Source: a virus
Lineage: Duplodnaviria > Caudoviricetes
Virus record (IMG/VR): IMGVR_UViG_3300037857_000053
Location: 7,775 to 71,774 of that record
Reading direction: 5' to 3' (one strand)
DNA length: 64,000 bases
A program made the translations under genes and the position numbers. Every line of letters begins with the position of its first letter. Position 1 is the first letter of the stretch. Under the pieces are notes generated by a model, which searched no databases, had not been told where the DNA came from, and was given only the letters and a program-made list of their open reading frames with translations. This document shows, one piece after another, positions 1-10,217 of this stretch.

Positions 1-2160
1 TGTGGAGCGCAGAGACTGCGAGGTTGCAGCGCCCACCTGTTCAGACACCTCAGCCCCAATCGCCTCCGGAGTGGCGTTCGTGGTCGCATAGACCGTGATG
101 CTGTTGGTGATCACGGGTGCAGGCATCGGGTTGGTCACGTTGACATCGGAAACCCCCTCGGCCTTGGTCGAAAGCGGGGTGTTCAGAATGTCCACTTCGC
201 TCTTGCCGTCGAAGCCAGCTCCAAAGCGGGAGTTAAAGCTCGACTGGGAAAGACCCCCGCCTGTAATCCGGTTTTCCGCCGGACCCAGGACGTTGAAACC
301 CTTCATGTAATCGGCAGGAGATTCCTTGGCGTTGGTCTCAAGGTTCTTATACATTTCGGCCAGGATCTGTTTGGTCCGGCCGTTTTCTGTAAAGAAGTCC
401 CCATAGATCCGGTTCGCCAGATCATAGGTGGACATTCCGACCCCAACGGCCCCCAAGAGCCGTCCGCCTACCCGGCCAGCAATTCCCAGCCTGGAGGCTC
501 CTGCTGCGCCCGCCGACGCTGTTGTCATGCCCTGGGAAACACCCGTTGCAACGCCAGCGCCCCCGGCCCCCAAGATGCCAAGTGTCTTGCCGCCGACCCG
601 GGCAATCGCCTTGGCAATCCCTCCGACAGCCTTAAACGGATGCCGGAGACCATAAAGGGCTCCAAGTCCGATTGCTGCGCCGGCAACCGTTCCCAGGATG
701 GGGTTCAGATCATGCAAGGCCTGGATAAGCTGCTGAACATTGGCAGCAAGAGTTGCAACGGCGGATGCGCCGTTTCCAATGGCTTCTCCAAACCCTTCAG
801 CTGCTGTGCGAATACCCTGGAAGCGATCGACAAGATCCTGCCCCTGTTCAGGAAGCAGGAAGATGTCTTTCATCATCTGGTCGATCCGCTCCAGGATCGT
901 TCCGGTCTCGTAGCCAAGGCCGCCGGTCAGACCTTCCATGAAGCTGCTAAAAGATGCCCCAAGCGCGTCGAAGATATTCGCCCGCCCCTCGGGAGGGTTG
1001 AGGATATCAATCAGCGACTGGGACAGCTCAGAGAGCGCCGGGATGACTGTTTCGCCCAGCATGATCCCAAAGGCGCGGAAGTTGTTCCCCAGGATCTTCA
1101 GACGGGAGGCGGTGGTGTTGGAAAAGATCCCAAAGGTCTTGTCTACTGATCCGGCATAGCTGGCCGCATCATCCAGCTTTTCAATCCGGTCTGTGATTGT
1201 GTCGAGCTGCTGAGCAATGATGGAGGCTTCGTCCTGGTATTCCAGGCCAAAGAACTCGATCAAGAACGGAGCTCGCTGCTCGATCTTCATTTTCTTGACG
1301 ACGTTGAAGAACTCTTTCATGCCTTCAACGGGCGTATCAAAAAACTTCTGCTGAAGCTTGGCGGAATAGCCCTCGCCCCCGATCTGGTCGAGGACCCGAA
1401 CGACTTCCTTTTTCTTCCCAATTCCGGCCATCTTTGCCATGACGGCGTTCATGGTTGTGGCCGCCTTGGAGGCCCCCATGCCGACTTCCATCAAGGTCGC
1501 GCCATAGGCCGCCATGGTCTCAGCTGGAATCCTTGCCGAGTTGGCCGTGCCTGCGACCTGCTGGAGATAGGTCATCAGATCGCGCTCGGATGTACCGGCG
1601 CTGTCTGCGGTAGCGTTGATGACATCACCCAGATTGATCAGCTCTGGAATAGTGAGCTTGAACCCGTTCCGGATCTTCGACATCTGCGTGGCGACTTCGC
1701 CAGCACCCATGTCAAAGGCAACCGCCTGTTTGGCGGCCATCAGGGCGAAGGTCTCAAGATCTTTAGAGGCAATTCCGAACTGACCGGCCATGGCGACCAA
1801 TTCAGCCAGCTCAGTGGTGGCCAGCGGCATGGTGCGGCTCATGTCCGTCAGCCGCTTTTTCATGGTCAAAAGCTGCTCGGCCGACAAATCCGTTTTCTTG
1901 GCAACATCGGCCATAGCCGTTTCAAGGCTCATGGCTGCGCCAATAGTGGACTGGAACCCGACATAGGCCCCGGCAATGGCTGCAAGACGAGCGGCCATCA
2001 CACCCATGCCGGCCGCGGTCCGATTGGCCGATGCCGCCATGGCTGCTTGTGTCCCCTGGACCTTGCGCTGGGTTCCATTGAGCCCATTCATGATCCGGTT
2101 GGCTTTACCTGAAGCCTTGTCCACCAGTTCCAGGACGAGCTTTGCGTTCATGTCCGCCAT
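1..2160 (-). CDS. Tail tape measure protein (3' end runs off the window, so absent from the ORF track)
   Basis: Manual translation from ATG 2160: MADMNAKLVLELVDKASG...AAMSLETAMADVAKKTDLS...; Ala/Gly-rich, open to position 1; follows the tail chaperone gene. Confidence 0.93.
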   Translation of the reverse strand, partial: MADMNAKLVLELVDKASGKANRIMNGLNGTQRKVQGTQAAMAASANRTAAGMGVMAARLAAIAGAYVGFQSTIGAAMSLETAMADVAKKTDLSAEQLLTMKKRLTDMSRTMPLATTELAELVAMAGQFGIASKDLETFALMAAKQAVAFDMGAGEVATQMSKIRNGFKLTIPELINLGDVINATADSAGTSERDLMTYLQQVAGTANSARIPAETMAAYGATLMEVGMGASKAATTMNAVMAKMAGIGKKKEVVRVLDQIGGEGYSAKLQQKFFDTPVEGMKEFFNVVKKMKIEQRAPFLIEFFGLEYQDEASIIAQQLDTITDRIEKLDDAASYAGSVDKTFGIFSNTTASRLKILGNNFRAFGIMLGETVIPALSELSQSLIDILNPPEGRANIFDALGASFSSFMEGLTGGLGYETGTILERIDQMMKDIFLLPEQGQDLVDRFQGIRTAAEGFGEAIGNGASAVATLAANVQQLIQALHDLNPILGTVAGAAIGLGALYGLRHPFKAVGGIAKAIARVGGKTLGILGAGGAGVATGVSQGMTTASAGAAGASRLGIAGRVGGRLLGAVGVGMSTYDLANRIYGDFFTENGRTKQILAEMYKNLETNAKESPADYMKGFNVLGPAENRITGGGLSQSSFNSRFGAGFDGKSEVDILNTPLSTKAEGVSDVNVTNPMPAPVITNSITVYATTNATPEAIGAEVSEQVGAATSQSLRST

Positions 2161-2317
2161 GTGTTTCGTCCCAGACCTGCTTAGCCACAGAGATCCAGTG
2201 CGCCAGATCCTCGGGGGTCCGGCACATTTCAATCACCTGCGGGAGTGGAGTATTCAGAACGTGGGCAATGCGGCCCACGGCTTGGGAGAGGCCGGTTAAG
2301 CCTCCCCAGCGTTTCCC
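2105..2317 (-). other. Programmed -1 frameshift site G GGA AAC and extended chaperone frame (gpE+E' type)
   Basis: Slippery heptamer at 2311-2317 (plus-strand GTTTCCC) in phase near the chaperone 3' end; -1 frame open to TAA at 2105-2107 (KRWGGLTGLSQAVGRIAHVLNTPLPQVIEM...). Confidence 0.8.
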
Positions 2318-2553
2318 AGGAGAGCCCCGGCCTCATCCATGATGCGGTTGAGGTCCTTGCCCTTCATTTTCTTGATGGCCTGGACCGGCACACCGGAAAT
2401 CGAGGACAGGATCACCGACATCTGGGCGAGGTTCCCGCCCCCCATCGCCTCTGCGGCGATCATGTCACCGAGCTCGACTTCCCGGAGATCCAGGCTGTCC
2501 CAGCTTTTACCGTCGTGAGAAATGGGGGTAGAGAGTTTGATGATCTTTGACAT
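2296..2553 (-). CDS. Tail assembly chaperone (P2 gpE / Mu gp41-like)
   Basis: 85 aa between tube and tape measure genes; LREVELGDMIAAE-type motif. Confidence 0.85.
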   Translation of the reverse strand: MSKIIKLSTPISHDGKSWDSLDLREVELGDMIAAEAMGGGNLAQMSVILSSISGVPVQAIKKMKGKDLNRIMDEAGALLGNAGEA

Positions 2554-2562
2554 GGAGGGTCC

Positions 2563-3075
2563 TTAGCTCAGCAACAGAGCGTTGCGGATCGCCTCGGTCT
2601 GGTTGGTGCCACCAACGGAGACGGAGAACGGATCCATTTCGAAGATCTCCACGCCGTCCACTTCCAGCTTGTAATAGCGGATGGAAACGGCGAAGGAGGT
2701 GCTTCCCATTTCGCCGGGTGTCCAGGACCCGGCATCGGCTGATTTCAGAAACCCGCGCACATAGGCGACCGCGTTGTGAACGGTGCCGTCCTCGTCCGCC
2801 AATGCGCCTGTGACCATGAACTCGCGCTCATCGCCAATCTTCAGGCCAAACAGTTGCAGGACGCTGGGGTCAAAGGCTGTGAAGGAGAACGTGTGCTCCA
2901 TCAGCTCGTAGCCCATCTTGACTTCGATGGGCATGACCATGCCCGCGTTGCGGATTTCTTCGACCTTCTCGGTCGGAACAGGCAGGGTCATTTCTGACGC
3001 CTGCCCGGCTTTGGACTCACGATCCACGAAGATGGTGCAATTGCGGAGCGTGTAGCCCGGAAGTTCAGAAGCCAT
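2563..3075 (-). CDS. Contractile tail tube protein (P2 FII-like)
   Basis: 170 aa; EEIRNAGM and VRYYKLEVDG-type motifs; follows the sheath gene. Confidence 0.92.
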   Translation of the reverse strand: MASELPGYTLRNCTIFVDRESKAGQASEMTLPVPTEKVEEIRNAGMVMPIEVKMGYELMEHTFSFTAFDPSVLQLFGLKIGDEREFMVTGALADEDGTVHNAVAYVRGFLKSADAGSWTPGEMGSTSFAVSIRYYKLEVDGVEIFEMDPFSVSVGGTNQTEAIRNALLLS

Positions 3076-3118
3076 GCTGGTCTCCTCGTCTTAATTCAGA
3101 AACTGAAAGGGGGAAGGA

Positions 3119-4795
3119 TCAGGCCGCTGCCAGCGACCCGGATTCGATCTCGCGCACGACCTGATCGAGCAGGAGCGTGTAAGACGCGATCCAGCGGTAG
3201 GCCTCGATGTCGATCTGGACCATCGGAGCCGGTGGCTCGAACCGAACGGACAGGCGGATGATGCCCTGGGCCATTTCCGCGTCCGTGTTCTTTTCAGGAT
3301 CGATCCAGCACTTGGCACCCGGCAGGATGTAGCCCTGCTGTGCCAGGCTGCGCAGGAAGGCATTCCCGCTCTCGACCATGAACTTGAGGTTGGCTTTGGA
3401 AAACGGCTTGTCCACGAACTCGCGGTAAGCCTTTTCGATTGCCTCGTTGACCATGTCCGCGACACGGCGCACCGAAACAAATTGCCAGAGCGAGGATCCA
3501 CCCGACAGCCAGACCCCCCAGGTACGGAACCCGCCATCGTAGTTGACGATGGTGTTCACCCGGTTCTCGTTGAGGTAGTTGGACTGGATGCCCAGTGCGA
3601 TCGGCCGGTTCACCCCGCCAATGCCGTTCACGATGTGGTTGGACCCAGCGTGGTGGAAGCCAAACTCCTTATCGGTGCGGGCCTGGTCGCCCACAAACAC
3701 CGGAGAAGACGGCTGCGCCACATAGGCATCGGTGCCGGTATCCCATTTCAGAACCTTCGGATCACAGATGAAGACACGCGGGAACGAGTTGACGTTCTTG
3801 TACTGAACAGCAGCCGCGTCCGTGGTGTCCGGACCATCGGCATAGAAGATCGCACCCAGCTTCTCCGCAACACCTGCCGCTTCTGCGACGACCGGGTTGG
3901 CGGCATTGCCCAAGTAGGCCGTTGCCGCTCCGCCAGTGCCGACAGAATTGGTCAGGGTAACAGTTGGGGCGGAGGTGTAACCGGAGCCAGGCGACGTAAC
4001 GTCTATCGCGGTGATCTTGCCTTCGGTTACGGTCGCAGTCGCGGCTGCGCCCGTGCCTCCGCCCCCGGAGAAGGCCACCGAAACGGTGCCAGAGTAAAAC
4101 GCACCCTGGTTGGTCACGACCACATCCGTGATCGTGTCTCCGTCCGTGATGGCCGTTGCTGTGGCTCCAGTGCCACCGCCCTCAATGGTGAGGGTGGGAG
4201 CCGTGGAATATCCAAAGCCTGGGGTATCAATCGTGATCGAGGCAATCGTGCCGTCAGAGTTGACGACTGGGGTTGCCTTAAACCCGTCCCCGTCCCCGGA
4301 AGATGTCACGCGGACAGCGCCTTCCGTGGTCGGATAGCCGGTGCCGGCTGCGGTCAGGGCGACCGACAGAACACCGTCGTTCGGGGTGGTTGAGGTCCAG
4401 CCAGGCGCAAGCAGGAGCCGCGGCTTGTAAAGCCCCAAAGCCTCGCACTTTTCAAAGGCATGGATCCCGGTCTGGGTGGTAACATCGCCTACAATGTTCG
4501 ACCAGGTTGCTGCGGTGTCGGCACCTTCGGTCACGCGGACCACGATCACCGGGCAGTAGATCTGATCAAAAATCGTGTCGATCGCGTCTTTCAGCGATCC
4601 GGCATCCCCGAGCTTCGCGATCTCGGTTGGTTTGCCAAGGACCTGGACCGGGGTGTTGAGTGGAAATGCTGTGGCATCGGCGTCCTCGGCAGTGCCGATA
4701 ATGCCAACGACCGCAGACTGATCGACGCGGATGAGGACGGGGGTCTCGTTGTTCTCGAAAACCCGGACGCCGTGATTGAACGAAATGTCCACCAT
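3119..4795 (-). CDS. Tail sheath protein with inserted Gly/Thr-rich repeat domain
   Basis: Start taken at MVDISFNHGV; C-terminal GFRTWG and FVSVRR motifs typical of sheath proteins. Confidence 0.95.
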   Translation of the reverse strand: MVDISFNHGVRVFENNETPVLIRVDQSAVVGIIGTAEDADATAFPLNTPVQVLGKPTEIAKLGDAGSLKDAIDTIFDQIYCPVIVVRVTEGADTAATWSNIVGDVTTQTGIHAFEKCEALGLYKPRLLLAPGWTSTTPNDGVLSVALTAAGTGYPTTEGAVRVTSSGDGDGFKATPVVNSDGTIASITIDTPGFGYSTAPTLTIEGGGTGATATAITDGDTITDVVVTNQGAFYSGTVSVAFSGGGGTGAAATATVTEGKITAIDVTSPGSGYTSAPTVTLTNSVGTGGAATAYLGNAANPVVAEAAGVAEKLGAIFYADGPDTTDAAAVQYKNVNSFPRVFICDPKVLKWDTGTDAYVAQPSSPVFVGDQARTDKEFGFHHAGSNHIVNGIGGVNRPIALGIQSNYLNENRVNTIVNYDGGFRTWGVWLSGGSSLWQFVSVRRVADMVNEAIEKAYREFVDKPFSKANLKFMVESGNAFLRSLAQQGYILPGAKCWIDPEKNTDAEMAQGIIRLSVRFEPPAPMVQIDIEAYRWIASYTLLLDQVVREIESGSLAAA

Positions 4796-4871
4796 ATTTG
4801 GGCTCCATCTGAGGGACGCGGCGCTTCCAGCGCTGCTTTCAGGCCTTGCCCAAGGGCCGGATTCGGGCATG

Positions 4872-4897
4872 AAAAAACCCGCCTCGAAGGGCGGGTT
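4872..4897 (-). terminator. Intrinsic terminator
   Basis: AACCCGCC/GGCGGGTT stem next to an A6 tract (U-run on the minus strand). Confidence 0.7.
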
Positions 4898-4900
4898 GGG

Positions 4901-5152
4901 TTAGAGATCGTCCTGGAACAAGTTTCGCTCCAGGTGCCAATGGTAGGCGCTAAGACAATGACCGGGGTCTCGAAGAACGAAGTCGATCACCGACACCCAG
5001 GCACGTCCTGGGATCCCAAGTTTGGTCTTTCCCAGAAGGGATTGTTTGTAGACATAGGCGGAAGTGGTGGTATCTCCCTCCCCGCCCGTTACGGCATTAA
5101 AAAGCCGGGACAAAGCCCGGCCAATCTGCATCAGATGCCAACCGAGGGTCAT
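4901..5152 (-). CDS. Hypothetical protein
   Basis: 83 aa, coupled to the upstream gene by a 4-nt overlap. Confidence 0.65.
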   Translation of the reverse strand: MTLGWHLMQIGRALSRLFNAVTGGEGDTTTSAYVYKQSLLGKTKLGIPGRAWVSVIDFVLRDPGHCLSAYHWHLERNLFQDDL

Positions 5153-5772
5153 GGCCAGCCCGCCGTAATATCGATGGCCGCCAAGGCGGCAGGGTCGGGA
5201 GCAGACTCAATCTGGTCCTTGAGAGACCAAGACGTTGACAGGATAAACCCGGTGTAAACCCCCATAGAGAGGATCACGCTTAGGGCGTCCTGAAACGTCA
5301 GGGTGATGTTGGTGTTGTCGGCAGTCCGAAATGTAGCTCCGACAACAGCACCATTTCCCTCCGCGATCTGAGCAGAGTAAAGCTGCCCGGCACCCAACCA
5401 GTTTGTCCGGTCGATTTCCGTGCGGGTGTCCAGCGTCTTCACCCCGTGAGGCGGGCCAAAGTCGTGCGGATACCCGAGGGCCAGCTTTTCATCGCGGATC
5501 GCGTTGACCTTTTCTTTCAGCTCGGCCTTCGCCAGCCCGAGGGCCGCGTCAACCTTCGCCTGATTGAGAATCACCCAGGCGTCACTGACCCACCCATAGG
5601 CGTTGTGTGGCCTTGATGGCGGCTCCGGCACGGTGACAACTTCATGCGTTGCCGTAGATACTCCGAACGCCAGGATCGGGCTTTCCAGCTTATCAGCGGC
5701 AAGAGACACAACCGCATCATCTGGAAATAGGTGCGCGCACCGGCCATCGCTGAGAGCGATTACAGCTTTCAT
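5149..5772 (-). CDS. Tail fibre-associated protein (DUF4376-like C-terminus)
   Basis: 207 aa after the fibre gene; WSLKDQIESA...AIDITAGWP ending typical of the family. Confidence 0.7.
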   Translation of the reverse strand: MKAVIALSDGRCAHLFPDDAVVSLAADKLESPILAFGVSTATHEVVTVPEPPSRPHNAYGWVSDAWVILNQAKVDAALGLAKAELKEKVNAIRDEKLALGYPHDFGPPHGVKTLDTRTEIDRTNWLGAGQLYSAQIAEGNGAVVGATFRTADNTNITLTFQDALSVILSMGVYTGFILSTSWSLKDQIESAPDPAALAAIDITAGWP

Positions 5773-7685
5773 GCTTCACCTCCGATCAGGATTTCAGTTG
5801 CTGAAAGCGCCTTGCCGACCTTGTACGGGGTTCGGTCCGTTGTCAGTGAACCGTCATCTGCAAGGTAGTAGTCGGCGCTCGGCGTAAGGCCGGTTTGGCT
5901 CTCGTTGACGCCGCCAACAATATCAACCTTGCATTCTGCGCCATCCGCAACGGTCTCTGAGGCAATGCCAATCCACTTGCGAGCGTTGGAGTGTGTCGCT
6001 GGGGCTGTGAAGACCAACGCTTGCCCACGGTCGCCGTCTGCGTCATCCCAATAAGCAACAACAACATTGCCGCTGTCTGGATCATAAACACCGCAACAGT
6101 GTGTACTGTCTTCCGCATTCAGGATGGTGCGGGTGCCTTCCGAAACCATGCCTTTTTCAACCTTCAACTCCAATGATGTGGCGTAAAAAGTGATGTGGTC
6201 TTGATAAACGACAGATATTCGATTGGTATTGGGATTGTAGCAAGGCCAAAGGGAGTATTGAGATGTGTCAGCTCTGGCTGCAATTCCGACCGGGAAAGGG
6301 CGGGTCACATCAAAATGCTTTCCGTCTAAGCTCGGGTAAATGCAAAACGCATATACATCATTAGATCGCACCCAAACGGCCACAAAACATTGTTCATCTG
6401 GATGCCACACCATGCCGGTTTCGGTGTTGAAGTTGGTGTACCCGGTTGCCGCCCACCCCCAGGCCTCGAACGGAGAAAAGTTCTCGGCAGTTGTTGCGGT
6501 TAAGGTTGAGCCGTCGATCTTAATAAGGCGAGCAAAGCTGTCGTTACTGCCTGCCTCATAAATAATAAACACCGTGCCGTTCCCGGCTGCTGCCCAGATC
6601 CAGTTGTCTGCTGCACTTTCGTTGATCAAAAGCGGAGTGCCGAGGGTAACGGTGTCGCCTGAGATTGTAACGAGGGCCGCATATAGATCATCAGCAGTCG
6701 TTTGGTCATAGAACACAACCACTGTGTCTGTTGCGTCGTCATAAACCAATCTTGTTCTTGAAGTGATCTCCGAGAGGGTGATGTTGTTTTCAGCCCCCCA
6801 TGTGATTGATGTTCCACTCACGGTTCCAACAGCACACCGCAGGCTGTTGTTGTATCCGTAACAGACCAAAAGCTTTCCCAGTGACGGGACATAGACCAAA
6901 GCGTCATGCTGGGCTTTGTTATGGGCAATTGTTCCGACAGCGACCGGTGTTCCAAAAGAAATCGAAGTGCCGCTGACTGTGCCAACAACAGAATAGATAT
7001 TGCTTGAATTTGTGATGTCTCGATAAACAATCACAACCCTGTTGTTGACCGTATCATAGACAATCCGTGGATTATCTATGTCGCTCGTCGTAAACTGAAC
7101 CGGTGTTCCTGCATTTGCCGCGACAACCGTATTTCCAACAACGCTGATCGTGCCGTCATCGTTTAACGCGACCGGATCACCAGCAGTAATTGCGCCTGTT
7201 GCAGTGAACTCGGCCTTCCCGCCGACTGAGAGCCCAGACAACGCAGCAGGTGTCACGAACTTCGCATTATCCTCGCCTGTCGTGACCTCGGCCGCAGATG
7301 CCTTGACCGGGATATTGCCGAGCACCTCGGCAAATGCCGACTGGACATCTGTCGCAGTCAACCCAGCGATGGCGTCGAGAACAACCTGATCGGCGTCAAC
7401 ACCGCCAGCAATCAGCTGGTTGAACGCCGCCTCGAAAAGACCAAAGTCGTTTTCCAGCTGCGTCAGATTTACGCGCTGCGCGTTGATCTCGTCTGTGATC
7501 GTCGCCGTGATGACAGCAAGGGCCTGACTTTGGAGTTGAGCTACGACTGCATCATAGTCCGCCTCGGTCGCTTCCAATGCCGCCAGCCGGTTGGCAATGG
7601 ACAGCATCACACCGTCCCAGGTTGCCCTGTCGATGTTCATCGACGGCGGGGCCTGATAGTTAGTTGCTGCGCTCGGTAGCGTCAT
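5769..7685 (-). CDS. Tail fibre / receptor-binding protein
   Basis: Coiled N-terminus, then repeated GTVSGTSI(S/T)(F/W)G beta motifs; located after baseplate genes. Confidence 0.75.
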   Translation of the reverse strand: MTLPSAATNYQAPPSMNIDRATWDGVMLSIANRLAALEATEADYDAVVAQLQSQALAVITATITDEINAQRVNLTQLENDFGLFEAAFNQLIAGGVDADQVVLDAIAGLTATDVQSAFAEVLGNIPVKASAAEVTTGEDNAKFVTPAALSGLSVGGKAEFTATGAITAGDPVALNDDGTISVVGNTVVAANAGTPVQFTTSDIDNPRIVYDTVNNRVVIVYRDITNSSNIYSVVGTVSGTSISFGTPVAVGTIAHNKAQHDALVYVPSLGKLLVCYGYNNSLRCAVGTVSGTSITWGAENNITLSEITSRTRLVYDDATDTVVVFYDQTTADDLYAALVTISGDTVTLGTPLLINESAADNWIWAAAGNGTVFIIYEAGSNDSFARLIKIDGSTLTATTAENFSPFEAWGWAATGYTNFNTETGMVWHPDEQCFVAVWVRSNDVYAFCIYPSLDGKHFDVTRPFPVGIAARADTSQYSLWPCYNPNTNRISVVYQDHITFYATSLELKVEKGMVSEGTRTILNAEDSTHCCGVYDPDSGNVVVAYWDDADGDRGQALVFTAPATHSNARKWIGIASETVADGAECKVDIVGGVNESQTGLTPSADYYLADDGSLTTDRTPYKVGKALSATEILIGGEA

Positions 7686-7842
7686 GGATCGCCTCCCAGC
7701 CATATGTCTCCACGATCTCGCGGATCACAGAGCCCTTGAAGATGTGCTTGTCACGCGGGAGCAGTTTCCGGCTCCCGCGCACAACAACGGCAGCCAGCTT
7801 CACATCGTAGCTGGCCTCGTCCTGGATCTCGAACGGTGTCAT
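7660..7842 (-). CDS. Small hypothetical tail protein
   Basis: 60 aa filling the gap between two tail genes. Confidence 0.6.
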   Translation of the reverse strand: MTPFEIQDEASYDVKLAAVVVRGSRKLLPRDKHIFKGSVIREIVETYGWEAIHDATERSN

Positions 7843-7850
7843 GGTGTTCC

Positions 7851-10214
7851 TCAGTTCGCGTAGATCGCGACGTTTTCAACGAAAAAGACCTTCTCGATGT
7901 CGGTGGTCGCCATATCCATCTTGAGCCGCGCACTGGTTGTGCTCGGGACGGTAAAGTCCGCAATCACGGTGCGCCGATCTGGTTTCTCGACATCCTCGGT
8001 GATGGTCACAGCGTTCGCCGCATACTCCGTCCCGGCCACGTCAATGATCGGGACAAAGGTGTGTTCAGCGTCCGACCAACGGTCGAGCGAGATTTCCACG
8101 TCGATGGATGTGGTCGTGATGCCAAAATCAAGGATCTTGGTAACGCCCATTCCGTCATACTTGTGGCGGCGGGTTTCACCCCGAGCCTCGGTATTCAAGA
8201 TGATCGCCGGGGACAACCCATATGTGCCGATCATGGTCAGGCGAAGCTGACAAGTGGTCGGCAGGTTACGGAGAGGATTCTGGTAAGAGTCCGTCTCCGG
8301 TTGGATCATTTGCCACGGATCTGTGCCAGATGTCCGGACCTCCCAGACCATCGACGTGCCTTCCGGAGCCCAGGCTTCATAGAGCAGCTTGATTTCCGTC
8401 ATGCCGCCAGCGAGCGTCAGAGGATCAAAGACCACCTGCGCCCGAGTATGGGTATGCTGGGTCGCATTGACCTTGAAGCAAAAGTCTTCTTCCGGTGCGC
8501 CCTGGAACCATGCCTGATCGGTTGACCAGAACAAGGTGCCTTGGGTGTACTCAGAGCCTGTCACCGTGTTTAGGGAGTGGTTGCCTGTGGTAACAGTGAT
8601 CCAAGCGTAGCGTTTGCCAGGGTCGAGATACCGCGGCGTGAACGGGAATGACACCCAACCCTTTGACAGGTTCGCGTGAGTAACCGTTGTGACCGCGATT
8701 GCGTTGTCAAACAGAGGCTCACCGGTCGGCGCAACCTCTGCCAGGATCATCTGGACATCGCCGTCATTACCAACCCGGTCAAACTTGACCTCGATAGAGG
8801 ACAAGATCATCGGCTGGGTCAGAAGGAACGTCTGCGCGTAGACCGAGCCGTTCACCCCGTAGGTCTCCGTAACCATGTCCCAATAGGTTTGGGTCCATGT
8901 GTTGTGGATGACCGCACGAGCGGCATAGATCGCCCGGTGGGTTGTGTCGTTGGTCGGCATCGCATTGTGCGCGATGATCCGGTCCGTGTCATACCCACCG
9001 CCGTGAGAGGCGTTGAAATTGCTGACGTTGATGTTGTCGCCCGCATTTTGAGCGTTAATCACGCCAACCTTTTGGAAGGTTTGACCGGCTTTCTGGAAGG
9101 TCTGTCCGGTCGCGGCACTGTCAAAACCGTTGTACTCAGACGTGTTGCCGCACACCGCGACAGTCGGCCCGTATGAAGTCGAGGACCGAGAAACCGTTCG
9201 GCGCACTGGTGTTTGAACCGTGTGAACCTGCTGCGAGATGTTCTTGGTGGAACCGGAGCCGTCCACTTCAATGATGGTGTTTTCTTCCCAATCGAGAAGC
9301 ATGACGCCATCGGTGATCTTGATGCCGGTCTGGCCGGGATCAGTGACGTTCAGTTGAGCATCTTCAAAGCCATCAAGCGGAAAGCGAATACCCTCGTCAA
9401 CGCGAGCGTCCCAATCGGCATGAGTCTTGCTCCAGATAGCCTCAATCAAGCCTGGGTCATAGAGGTAAGAGCGGGCCGCGTCCGGCAGGGACAAAAGCTT
9501 GCGGACACGCGCCATATCCACTTGCAGCTGGCGGGTGATGTCTTTTCGGCTGAAGTCCTTGAGCTGCGACTGAAGGTTTGCCAGATCGGTCTGGAGCGTC
9601 TGGGTGCGGCTGAACGCCACCACCATCTGCGCTTCCAGAATGACCACGCGGTTTTCGACCTCGTAGAGAGTCTTCACCCGGTGATCGTTCGAGGACTCGA
9701 CCTGAATAATTCCGGCCGTGCCTAAGAGCACAAAACAGATCGCGCAGTCGCTTTCGGCAATCGACGGCTTGACCGCCGGCGCAGGCGAGGAAATTCCCTG
9801 CTGGACGACAAAGCTGCACTTGCGCGCTGTCGTCTTCGGGACCGGTGTCAGCGTGGTATCCCCGGTATCCGCGTCCGTTTCGATGAACCGGTTTTCCGGG
9901 TCCGTTTCCTCGACGCCCCGCACCAGGATCGCAATATATTTCTGGTCGCCCGTCACGACAGGCAGGAACTCGATCAGATTAAGGTCAAAATCCGCATCGT
10001 TGTCGAACACCTGACCGTTCTTGAACAGCCGGCCTTCGCCAATTCGGGCAACGGACGCAGATGGGGTTTGGATGGCAAACTCGGCGTGGTGGTTCGGGTA
10101 TCCGATTGCACCGCCTGCGATGTTTTCGTCCCCTTCACGGGCCGCTGCGGAAATAGCTTCCAGGTCCGGCGCTTCGATGACCTCGGCGTCGGTGAACTCA
10201 ATCAGTTTTGTCAT
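7851..10214 (-). CDS. Large baseplate/tail structural protein
   Basis: 787 aa beta-rich protein directly after the gpI-like gene. Confidence 0.7.
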   Translation of the reverse strand: MTKLIEFTDAEVIEAPDLEAISAAAREGDENIAGGAIGYPNHHAEFAIQTPSASVARIGEGRLFKNGQVFDNDADFDLNLIEFLPVVTGDQKYIAILVRGVEETDPENRFIETDADTGDTTLTPVPKTTARKCSFVVQQGISSPAPAVKPSIAESDCAICFVLLGTAGIIQVESSNDHRVKTLYEVENRVVILEAQMVVAFSRTQTLQTDLANLQSQLKDFSRKDITRQLQVDMARVRKLLSLPDAARSYLYDPGLIEAIWSKTHADWDARVDEGIRFPLDGFEDAQLNVTDPGQTGIKITDGVMLLDWEENTIIEVDGSGSTKNISQQVHTVQTPVRRTVSRSSTSYGPTVAVCGNTSEYNGFDSAATGQTFQKAGQTFQKVGVINAQNAGDNINVSNFNASHGGGYDTDRIIAHNAMPTNDTTHRAIYAARAVIHNTWTQTYWDMVTETYGVNGSVYAQTFLLTQPMILSSIEVKFDRVGNDGDVQMILAEVAPTGEPLFDNAIAVTTVTHANLSKGWVSFPFTPRYLDPGKRYAWITVTTGNHSLNTVTGSEYTQGTLFWSTDQAWFQGAPEEDFCFKVNATQHTHTRAQVVFDPLTLAGGMTEIKLLYEAWAPEGTSMVWEVRTSGTDPWQMIQPETDSYQNPLRNLPTTCQLRLTMIGTYGLSPAIILNTEARGETRRHKYDGMGVTKILDFGITTTSIDVEISLDRWSDAEHTFVPIIDVAGTEYAANAVTITEDVEKPDRRTVIADFTVPSTTSARLKMDMATTDIEKVFFVENVAIYAN

Positions 10215-10217
10215 GGA

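Noticed and set aside
1-2160. Absence of an endolysin/holin cassette as a finding
   Set aside because: The late operon runs off the left edge, so lysis genes may lie outside the window.
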